51,935 nucleotides of DNA from a virus (lineage: Duplodnaviria; Caudoviricetes). The translations under genes were made by a program, and so were the position numbers. The DNA lies in the IMG/VR virus record IMGVR_UViG_3300025723_000057, positions 1 through 51,935 of that record. One strand, 5' to 3'. Positions 9,821-17,833 of this stretch are shown here, piece by piece. The notes under the pieces are model-generated. The model searched no databases. It was not told where the DNA came from and saw only the letters and a list, made by a program, of their open reading frames with translations. How positions within the stretch are numbered: position 1 is the first letter of the stretch; every line of letters starts with the position of its first letter.

Positions 9821-9846
9821 GACAGTTTTGTTTATTGGCTTGAAAT

Positions 9847-9880
9847 AGGCAAAAATGCGATCATTTGGATCTTTTTGCCT
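9847..9880 (-). terminator. Stem-loop after 195-aa gene (terminator or processing site)
   Basis: AGGCAAAAA...TTTTTGCCT inverted repeat with inner GATC/GATC; weak U tail. Confidence 0.45.
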
Positions 9881-10467
9881 CAATATCCTTTTAATCTATT
9901 TTTTAGATTATCATATGTTATATGTTGAAAGTTTCTCATCCCATCCCATTCTTTAACAGGTTTGGTTTTTTCATCTATTACTCTATAAAAGTTAACATAT
10001 GAATACTCAGTTAATATCATTTCTGTTTGTCTTAACCAGTTTCCATAATAAGTTGCAGTGTCATGTGAAGTTTTATAGTTGTTTGTATCTGCATATACAT
10101 TATTAAACATTTCGTTTCTTATACCGTGATAATCAAAACCTAATATGTATATCTCATCATTGCAATCTAAACACGCTTTATATAAAGCTGTTGGACCACT
10201 AGACCATCCTCGAGGATTTTTAAAAAAGTTTAAATTTTGATATTTTTTAAATTTAGAGTTTGTATTAGTCCATACCTGATGATTTAGTTGGTATCCTGTT
10301 TCACAAATTTCGATAATCATTTGGGGATCAACTGCAACTAATACATCAGGTTCAAACTCTCGATAGAGAGCATTACAACCATAGATCTTACCAAAATCTT
10401 TAATTCTAGCAAGATCTATATTTAGGCGACTTCTACCGTTTCCTAATACAAAAGCTGTTTTTTTCAT
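9880..10467 (-). CDS. Putative glycosyltransferase (sialyltransferase/DUF115 MAF-like fold)
   Basis: AFVLGNGRS, YGCNALYR, LVAVD, SSGPTAL, IYILGFD motif series. Confidence 0.6.
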   Translation of the reverse strand: MKKTAFVLGNGRSRLNIDLARIKDFGKIYGCNALYREFEPDVLVAVDPQMIIEICETGYQLNHQVWTNTNSKFKKYQNLNFFKNPRGWSSGPTALYKACLDCNDEIYILGFDYHGIRNEMFNNVYADTNNYKTSHDTATYYGNWLRQTEMILTEYSYVNFYRVIDEKTKPVKEWDGMRNFQHITYDNLKNRLKGY

Positions 10468-10703
10468 GCTGGGGGTGCTGGAGGAGGTGCATACATCTTG
10501 CTAACAAACTTTACATCCTTAGCATGTTCTGATGCATGTAAATCGGAAGACCTACGTAACTTATTAATCTGTTTTAGCGTAAGTCTAATCTTACGAGTAT
10601 CTGACTTTTTCATAATAGAGTCGTCTGAATCAGGATCGTATCGATCGTCTTGACTCATTTCTGTTTGATCATTATTAAAATAAAAAAGTTCTCGTAATAT
10701 CAT
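10464..10703 (-). CDS. Small conserved head-region protein
   Basis: ORF directly after portal; likely start is the second ATG (10703, MILRELF) since the first overlaps the promoter motif. Confidence 0.65.
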   Translation of the reverse strand: MILRELFYFNNDQTEMSQDDRYDPDSDDSIMKKSDTRKIRLTLKQINKLRRSSDLHASEHAKDVKFVSKMYAPPPAPPA

Positions 10704-10708
10704 AATCA

Positions 10709-10715
10709 TATTTAT
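10709..10715 (-). promoter_or_regulatory. Late promoter
   Basis: ATAAATA 5 nt upstream of ATG at 10703. Confidence 0.5.
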
Positions 10716-10718
10716 CTT

Positions 10719-12431
10719 TTAAGCTACAGGTCCTGGTGTTGGAGTACCAGAATCTGTTGATGCGCCTGCTATTGGTACAGCAGCACTAGGTGCACCGGAT
10801 TCTGCTCCAGGTTCACCTTCTGGTGGTGCTTCTTGAGGCATTCCGTCTTGTATTCCTGTTGGAGTTATTCCAACATCTCTTAACTCAGAGCTTGCTGTAT
10901 CAGCTGCATCGCTAATATCTTTGTTTTCCTCACGCCACATACGTTCGTTTTCTGCTATCTCTTCTGCACTCATTCCCAAGAATCTCTTCATAGCAAAACG
11001 CTTACTTAGATATGGTACTTCTTGTAAAGCAGTAAATGTTTGTACACGGGCAGTATCAAGTTCACTAAGTCTATATGCAGCAAAGTTTTGTGGTGGATTC
11101 ATCTTTAAGTTAAAAATACTATCATCAATAATGATACCATTTTGTGCAAGATATAACTTAAATTCTGTATCGAATGTTTCTTCCATTAAACTTTGTAAGC
11201 GTTCTAGATACTTATTAAAACGTAATTCTTGTATGTATGCTGTTCCAACACGACCATCATTGAACTGAGAAGCTGCATCATCTGCTCCAGTTGGTAGATA
11301 AGAACTTGGAATACGCAAAGCACGGAAAAGTTTATTAGTAAAGAATCTTAAATCGTCAATTTCACCTAAGTTTGTTCCGCCTGCAAGTGTATCAACTTTA
11401 GATCCTCTGCCTTCAGCAGTCTGTGGGAAGAAATAATCTTCGTTAATACTAAGAGGATTATAACTGTTATCAATAACAGTAGTTCCGCCAGTATTGCTAG
11501 GAATACGACGTTGATGGATTTCGTTTTTAACTCTTTCCACAAATGCCATCGCCATATGGCTTGGCATGTTTCCAACATCAATATAAAATACTCTACGTTC
11601 TGGAGCACGTTGTACACGGTAGATAATAATAGCGTCTTCGAGCAGTTCTTTTTGCTTGTAAACTTTAAAAACACTTTCAAGCAAACTATTTCCAAACGGA
11701 TAGTTATTATCTAAACCTTCACTTAAACTAATATGTACTACATGTTCTGCATGTATAGCATGTTCATTTTGTGCAATGCTAAATCTAGTTCCTGCTTGTT
11801 GTGGATAAGCGCCAGTCATTCCTCTTGCACCAGCACCACCTGTAACATAAGCAGTACCACCAGGTTGTGTATTTTGATTAGAAGGATTGATCTGTGTAAC
11901 AACTAGATTTGTAAAGTTTGGATTGAGATCACGTATTACATATTGTTCTGGTTTTTTCCCGTCACTTTCGTTAACGATAATCTTAGTAATCTTACCTGGA
12001 TCAATATAGAACCATTTTTTAGTTTCAGGATCACGAATAAAGAAACTGTCTCCGTACTTACAAGTATTACGAAATATCCTAAACATCTTTGTTTCAAAGT
12101 TTTGTAACTTAGTCCACTTTTGTAAGTAATCCTTAAGTAACTTCATTTCAACACTAGTTGCTTTGTCACGTAGGTTAACAAAAAATGGTGTATCGTTTTC
12201 TCTGCTTTTTTGTGTACTAAATTCTGCGATAATATCTAAAGCGGCATTTACTTCACTATCAGTATCCATTGTATCGTATTGTAAATATCTTTCAATACGA
12301 TTTGGACTTCCTGTATAAACATCAGGTAGATATGAAGTATAGTTTGTCCTAGAAGCATTAGAAGGCTGGCTTCCTAGTGGACTTGATCTACCATCCCTAT
12401 TAACAGGGTTAAAATACTTTTTCCAGCTCAT
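10719..12431 (-). CDS. gp20: Portal protein (gp20)
   Basis: LLEDAIIIYRVQRAPERRVFYIDVGNMP, EDYFFP, GGTNLGEIDDLRFF, ELRFNKY motifs. Confidence 0.96.
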   Translation of the reverse strand: MSWKKYFNPVNRDGRSSPLGSQPSNASRTNYTSYLPDVYTGSPNRIERYLQYDTMDTDSEVNAALDIIAEFSTQKSRENDTPFFVNLRDKATSVEMKLLKDYLQKWTKLQNFETKMFRIFRNTCKYGDSFFIRDPETKKWFYIDPGKITKIIVNESDGKKPEQYVIRDLNPNFTNLVVTQINPSNQNTQPGGTAYVTGGAGARGMTGAYPQQAGTRFSIAQNEHAIHAEHVVHISLSEGLDNNYPFGNSLLESVFKVYKQKELLEDAIIIYRVQRAPERRVFYIDVGNMPSHMAMAFVERVKNEIHQRRIPSNTGGTTVIDNSYNPLSINEDYFFPQTAEGRGSKVDTLAGGTNLGEIDDLRFFTNKLFRALRIPSSYLPTGADDAASQFNDGRVGTAYIQELRFNKYLERLQSLMEETFDTEFKLYLAQNGIIIDDSIFNLKMNPPQNFAAYRLSELDTARVQTFTALQEVPYLSKRFAMKRFLGMSAEEIAENERMWREENKDISDAADTASSELRDVGITPTGIQDGMPQEAPPEGEPGAESGAPSAAVPIAGASTDSGTPTPGPVA

Positions 12432-12439
12432 TCTTTATC

Positions 12440-15400
12440 CTATATCGCTTTAGTTCGACCTTTAGCTGCATCAGCAGTATCTTTAGTATTATCTCTAATA
12501 AGTTTTGTTAACTCAACTAGTTCTGTTACCATGTTATTTAACTTCTCTGCCTTATCTATTGTGTTAGGAGTGGTTGAAGAACTAAACGAATCAATAGTAG
12601 TTGACGGAGTATTAGATGCAGCATTTGTATTACCAGTACCAAATCCACCTATAGAACCTGTATTTTTAATATCAGATAACTTATTGCTTAGATTACTTAA
12701 TTCTTCATTTAGTTCTTTAATAGAATCTCTAAAAGTTAATATATTTTCAGAAGAATCTTTAAAGTTTACATCAACAGCAGATTTTAATCCAGTCATTCCG
12801 CTAACAACATTATTCATATTTGTGCCATCAACTTTATTGAAACTAGATAATGTAGTTGCTAATGTAGTTAATCCACCATCACTAGATGTTAGTGATTTCC
12901 ACCAACTACCACCTTCTATAAGGGTCTTTGCTCCTGTATTGAACGTTACTAATGCAGGAGCAAGTGCAGCTAAGTTGCTTCCGTTTACTTTATTGAAACT
13001 AGATAATGTAGTTGCTAAACTAGTTAATCCACCATCAGTTGCTGTTAATCCAGACCACCAGCTACCTCCTTCGATAAGTGTCCTAGCACCTTTTCCAAAA
13101 TCTATTAATATTGGAGTTAATGTTGATAGATTTTCTCCGTTAACAGCATTGAATTCTGCTAGACTTTTTGCTATACCAGCAAGTCCACCATCATTACCAA
13201 TAAGTCCTTGCCACCAGCTACCACCTTCAATGAGCGTTCTAGCACCTTTTCCAAAATCAACTAGTATCGGAGTAATGCTTGCAAGTATTTCAGGATTAAT
13301 ATTATTAAATTCTGCTAGACTTTTTGCTATACCAGAAAGGCCACCATCATTTCCGATAAGCCCTTGCCACCAACTACCCCCTTCAATAAGAGAACGGGCA
13401 GCTATGCCAAAATCTACTAACACAGGTGTAATTTTTATTAATATTTCAGGATTAACTATATTAAACTCAGATAATGCCTTTGCTATACCAGCAAGTCCAC
13501 CATCATTTCCTACTAGACCATCCCACCAGCTACCTCCTTCAATAAGAGAACGAGCAGCAGCACCAAAATCTTTTAATACCGGAGTTAACTTTGTTATTGG
13601 ATCGGGATTTACTGAGTTAAAAACTGATAATGCTTTTGCTATACCAGCAAGTCCACCATCATTACCGATAAGTCCTTGCCACCAGCTACCGCCTTCAATA
13701 AGAGAACGGGCTGTATCACTAAACTGTTTTAGTACTGGAGTTAACTTTATTATTGGATCGGGATTTACTGAGTTAAAAACTGATAATGCTTTTGCTATAC
13801 CAGCAAGTCCACCATCATTACCGATAAGTCCTTGCCACCAGCTACCTCCTTCAATAAGAGAACGAGCACCCTTTCCAAAATCAACTAATATTGGAGTTAA
13901 CTTTGTTATTATATCAGGATTTACTGAGTTAAAAACTAATAAACTTTTTGCCATACCAGCAAGTCCACCATCATTTCCAATAAGCCCTTGCCACCAACTA
14001 CCTCCTTCGATAAGAGAACGAGCTGCATCACCAAACTGTTTTAGTACCGGAGATAACTTTGTTATTGGATCGGGATTAATATTATTAAATTCTGCTAGAC
14101 CTTTTGCCATACCAGCAAGTCCGCCATCATTACCAGTAAGTCCTTTCCACCAACTACCTCCTTCGATAAGAGAACGAGCTGCATCACCAAACTGTTTTAG
14201 TACCGGAGATAACTTTATTATTGGATCGGGATTAATATCATTAAACACTTTTAATGATGCTGCCATTGTAGCAAGGCCGCCATCATTACCTGTTAAACCT
14301 CTAAACCAACTACCGCCTTCTAATAATGTTGATACATCATCACCAAACTTTTTAAGAGCTGATCCTGTTTTTGCTAATCCTTCAGGACTCATGCTATTAA
14401 GTTTTAGTAAAGTTTCAGATAGCTTGTCTAAACTACCGCCTAAGAAAAATGCTACCAATCCAGGAGCAGCTAACGTAGTTAATCCTGCTGATAATGGAAC
14501 CAATGCTCCGCCTAATGCTAATAAATCTGTTGCACTAACTTTTGATAGTTCAGTTAATGTTTCGGGTATCCTTGCAAATGCATCTGAAAAAGATTTAATA
14601 ACATTTGATACTCCGTCAAATGCACTTTTTACTATATTTGAAAAGCTATCCATTATTTTTGATACACCATCAAATGTTTTTGTAATTACATTTCCGAATG
14701 TTTCAACTAACGGTGTTAACTGTGAGAACATCCATCCAAGACCGCCACTTGCTAATCCTAATGATAAAAGTATTGCTGATAATGGTAATGCGAGTCCATC
14801 TAATGCAAATCCTAAAGCTACCAATCCTAGTATAATAACTCCGCCGCCAACTGCTGTATAAAATGCTAGATCCTTCATTGTATCTACTAATCCAGAGAAA
14901 AACTTAGTTAATCCCCCGCCTGATGTTTTCTTATCAAGTTCATCTAATTCTGAGTTTATTGAAGCTAATGATTTTTGATCGTCGGCGCCTAATGTTCCGC
15001 CATTTGCAGTTTTTGCCTGTATTGCTGCTTTTTTATCTTCTAGTTCTTTTTTCTTTTTATCATCTTCGGTATTTCCGCCACCGCCAAACATCTTTCCTAC
15101 TATAGTACCTAACGATCCAAATACGTTAGAGAATGAATCAGTTACTATTTTTATTATTCCACTAAAATCCATATTTTTGAAGAAATCAGTAACACCTTTT
15201 CGCATATCCGCAAATATTGATTTAAAATCTAAGTTTTTAAGATTAGACGTTAACCCAGTCACCCATTTGCTTATTTCTGAAAAAACATCTTTTAATCCTG
15301 TTTGTATAACAGGATCATTTAGCATTTTTGTAATTTCTCCTAAGAAATCTAATAATACACCACTTATTTCATCAAAAGGACCGCCTTTTTCAAATAAAGC

Positions 15401-16675
15401 ACTACCAAAAAATGCCATTTTAAGATCACTAAAAACTTTTTCAAAAGCATTAGCAGTTTCACCCATAATCCTTGTTATATTACTATTTGCTGCTTGTTCT
15501 TTTGCAAGATCTTCAGGTTTCATTGCAGCTAATCTCTGTGCTTCTTGGGCAGCTTTCATTAGTCCAGCTAGTTCAGGATAAGTTTTTAATAAAGCTGCTT
15601 GATCCATTCCGGCAGCTTCTGCATTTTTAGTGATTTTTTGCATTATGTCTATAATGCCTTTTGGCCCATTTTGACCATTAAATGCTGATTGAAAATCTTT
15701 TGTTCCAACATCAAATAACATCATAGTTTGTGCCATCTTATCTGGCACCTGGGCTGCTCCACTCTTAAATGCTTCTAATAGTTCAGTTCCTCCTAGTTTT
15801 GTAACCATTGCTAAAGATGCAGTTGACTTTGCTAATTCATCAGGGTTTAATCCTTTTTGTAAACTTCTAATGATTGGATCAGCTGCATTTGATTTTGCTG
15901 ATTTTTCCATCTCAGATCTACTCAATCCAGTAGCTTTAGATAGTAGATCCATCTCATTTAGATAAGCACTTGCACCTTCTTTTAAATCTTTATTAGTCAT
16001 CTTTGTTAGATTACCAGATCTAGATTGTAGATCAATATATGCTAACATACCTTCATTCATGTCAGCAGTAGTCATTCCCATAGATCTAAAATGTTCACCT
16101 ACATCGCTTTGTGTTAAATCACGACTTAAATCTGAAAATCGTTTAGCACCTTCTGTAACTGATCCACCTAAAGAAGCCATTGCTGTTGAGTTAGCTCCTA
16201 CTACTTTAACATAATCTCCTAAACTCATATTTGCTTTTGCAGCAGACAGTTGTAGTTCTATCATATTATTATTAAATGTAGCACCAACTGCACTTGTTTC
16301 TTTAAATCCTTCATAACTTTCTTTTAACGTATCAACTAATATACCACCAGTAGCAATCATACCATTGAATATACCACTTACTCCAGATGATATTAGACTA
16401 CCTAACCCAGTAAATATTCCGCCAAAACTACTGGCTGTTTTTCCTGCTCGATCTAATGCAGAATCAAATACACTTGTTGTTTTAGTGGCTGCATTTACGG
16501 TGCTTGTAGAATTTGTTATCGATCTTTGGAATAAATCTAATCCAGCATTTCCTGCACTAGCACCGCCCTTTTTGTTTAGAGCCGTAACTAGTTCTCTTAA
16601 AGTAGATTCAGTTGCGGCATTTTCAACAACAGTACCGTCTAATGTTCCACCTTTAAATTGTACGTCTTTTGCCAT
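12440..16675 (-). CDS. Tape-measure-like tail protein
   Basis: 1411 aa, helical Ala/Gly-rich, central hydrophobic segments, periodic Trp/Phe repeats, adjacent to tail assembly genes. Confidence 0.8.
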   Translation of the reverse strand: MAKDVQFKGGTLDGTVVENAATESTLRELVTALNKKGGASAGNAGLDLFQRSITNSTSTVNAATKTTSVFDSALDRAGKTASSFGGIFTGLGSLISSGVSGIFNGMIATGGILVDTLKESYEGFKETSAVGATFNNNMIELQLSAAKANMSLGDYVKVVGANSTAMASLGGSVTEGAKRFSDLSRDLTQSDVGEHFRSMGMTTADMNEGMLAYIDLQSRSGNLTKMTNKDLKEGASAYLNEMDLLSKATGLSRSEMEKSAKSNAADPIIRSLQKGLNPDELAKSTASLAMVTKLGGTELLEAFKSGAAQVPDKMAQTMMLFDVGTKDFQSAFNGQNGPKGIIDIMQKITKNAEAAGMDQAALLKTYPELAGLMKAAQEAQRLAAMKPEDLAKEQAANSNITRIMGETANAFEKVFSDLKMAFFGSALFEKGGPFDEISGVLLDFLGEITKMLNDPVIQTGLKDVFSEISKWVTGLTSNLKNLDFKSIFADMRKGVTDFFKNMDFSGIIKIVTDSFSNVFGSLGTIVGKMFGGGGNTEDDKKKKELEDKKAAIQAKTANGGTLGADDQKSLASINSELDELDKKTSGGGLTKFFSGLVDTMKDLAFYTAVGGGVIILGLVALGFALDGLALPLSAILLSLGLASGGLGWMFSQLTPLVETFGNVITKTFDGVSKIMDSFSNIVKSAFDGVSNVIKSFSDAFARIPETLTELSKVSATDLLALGGALVPLSAGLTTLAAPGLVAFFLGGSLDKLSETLLKLNSMSPEGLAKTGSALKKFGDDVSTLLEGGSWFRGLTGNDGGLATMAASLKVFNDINPDPIIKLSPVLKQFGDAARSLIEGGSWWKGLTGNDGGLAGMAKGLAEFNNINPDPITKLSPVLKQFGDAARSLIEGGSWWQGLIGNDGGLAGMAKSLLVFNSVNPDIITKLTPILVDFGKGARSLIEGGSWWQGLIGNDGGLAGIAKALSVFNSVNPDPIIKLTPVLKQFSDTARSLIEGGSWWQGLIGNDGGLAGIAKALSVFNSVNPDPITKLTPVLKDFGAAARSLIEGGSWWDGLVGNDGGLAGIAKALSEFNIVNPEILIKITPVLVDFGIAARSLIEGGSWWQGLIGNDGGLSGIAKSLAEFNNINPEILASITPILVDFGKGARTLIEGGSWWQGLIGNDGGLAGIAKSLAEFNAVNGENLSTLTPILIDFGKGARTLIEGGSWWSGLTATDGGLTSLATTLSSFNKVNGSNLAALAPALVTFNTGAKTLIEGGSWWKSLTSSDGGLTTLATTLSSFNKVDGTNMNNVVSGMTGLKSAVDVNFKDSSENILTFRDSIKELNEELSNLSNKLSDIKNTGSIGGFGTGNTNAASNTPSTTIDSFSSSTTPNTIDKAEKLNNMVTELVELTKLIRDNTKDTADAAKGRTKAI
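12800..14370 (-). repeat. Ten tandem 156-bp (52-aa) repeats in tape measure gene
   Basis: LIEGGSWWxGLxGNDGGLAG unit; first and last EGGSW are 1404 bp apart (9 x 156). Confidence 0.95.
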
Positions 16676-16700
16676 TTATTTTTCACCAGTTATCTGCGCA

Positions 16701-16708
16701 TATAAATA
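16701..16708 (+). promoter_or_regulatory. T4 late promoter consensus TATAAATA
   Basis: Exact T4 late -10 element 40 nt upstream of ATG 16749. Confidence 0.75.
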
Positions 16709-16729
16709 TTCACAAGCAGACAGTTAGTT

Positions 16730-16736
16730 TATTTAT
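16730..16736 (-). promoter_or_regulatory. Late promoter for tape measure/portal unit
   Basis: ATAAATA ~55 nt upstream of ATG 16675. Confidence 0.6.
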
Positions 16737-16748
16737 CGGAGAAATTTA

Positions 16749-17609
16749 ATGGTATCACCACTTCAAGTCAATCCACTTCAGAAGTACTTTAGGCAACCTA
16801 AGATCTATTTAAGACTTCCAAGCAAAGGACAATATTATCCTACAAATGCTCTAGACATGCCCGAAAGCGGTGAACTTCCTGTATACCCAATGACTGCTAA
16901 AGATGAACTACAGATGAAAACTCCAGATGCATTACTCAATGGTGAAGCTACTGTTTCTGTTATAAAAAGCTGTGTTCCTAATATCAAAGATCCATGGAAG
17001 ATGCCTAGTATCGATAGTGATGCTATTTTAATAGCTATCCGATTAGCCACATACGGCGAAAAGTTAGATATCAATACAAAGGTTCCAAATCTAGGTGAAG
17101 AACGTTCTTTTGAAGTTGATTTGAGAGTCTTATTAGATCAACTAGCAGATTTTTCTTTTGAACCTTATATTGAAATAAGTGATGATATGAATATTGAAAT
17201 TCGTCCAAGTACATATAAAGAGTTTACAGAAAATACTATCAAGACATTTGAAGAACAGCGTATTTTCCGTCTAGTAAACGATAATAATATTCCAGACGAA
17301 CAAAAGCTTGCATCATTTTCTCAAAGCTTCCGTAGATTAACTGATTTAACTATTGATGTTGTAATCAATAGTATAGTTTGTATAGACACTGCCGAAGGTA
17401 AAGTAACTAACAAAGAACAAATAAAAGATTTCTTTAATAATAGTGATAAATCTGTATTTGATAAGATGATGAAACATCTAGAAAAAATGCGAGATAGCAG
17501 TAGGATTAAACCATTTAAGGTTACTTCAAGTGCTATGGATATAGAAGCAGGAGCTCCTGCTGAATATGAGATTCCAATAACGTTTGACCAATCAAATTTT
17601 TTCGGATGA
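16749..17609 (+). CDS. gp26: Baseplate hub assembly protein / tail assembly chaperone (gp26-like)
   Basis: LRLPSKG, PMTAKDEL, DAILIAIRLATYGE and C-terminal NFF resemble the T4-like gp26 family. Confidence 0.75.
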   Translation: MVSPLQVNPLQKYFRQPKIYLRLPSKGQYYPTNALDMPESGELPVYPMTAKDELQMKTPDALLNGEATVSVIKSCVPNIKDPWKMPSIDSDAILIAIRLATYGEKLDINTKVPNLGEERSFEVDLRVLLDQLADFSFEPYIEISDDMNIEIRPSTYKEFTENTIKTFEEQRIFRLVNDNNIPDEQKLASFSQSFRRLTDLTIDVVINSIVCIDTAEGKVTNKEQIKDFFNNSDKSVFDKMMKHLEKMRDSSRIKPFKVTSSAMDIEAGAPAEYEIPITFDQSNFFG

Positions 17610-17670
17610 GACTCCTTGGAATGGATCTCGAAGAGATCCTAAAAGAGGTAGATGACCTCGAAAAGGAGTC
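17594..17670 (+). other. Candidate programmed -1 ribosomal frameshift signal
   Basis: In-frame A AAT TTT / T TTT TTC heptamers, 6-nt spacer, then three-way stem structure. Confidence 0.65.
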
Positions 17671-17833
17671 CAAAGCACTAAAGTTAGATTTAACTAAAAT
17701 TTGTTGGTATATGAGAGGTGGCGTAAGTTTAGACGAAGCGTACTCTCTCTGCTATGAAGATCGTATGATTATATCAGATGTTATTAAAGAAAATCTAGAA
17801 ACAGTAAAGAAAACTGGATTACCTTTCTTTTAG
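17606..17833 (+). CDS. gp51: Baseplate hub assembly catalyst (gp51-like)
   Basis: 75 aa, WYMRGGVSLDEAY..YEDR, ATGA overlap with gp26-like gene. Confidence 0.65.
   Translation: MRLLGMDLEEILKEVDDLEKESKALKLDLTKICWYMRGGVSLDEAYSLCYEDRMIISDVIKENLETVKKTGLPFF

Noticed and set aside
12800-14370. Possible CRISPR or guide array
   Set aside because: Units are in-frame coding repeats with codon-level variation and no unique spacers
12531-14861. 776-aa plus-strand ORF
   Set aside because: Antisense shadow of the tape measure repeats; no RBS and an implausible Pro/Ser-rich product
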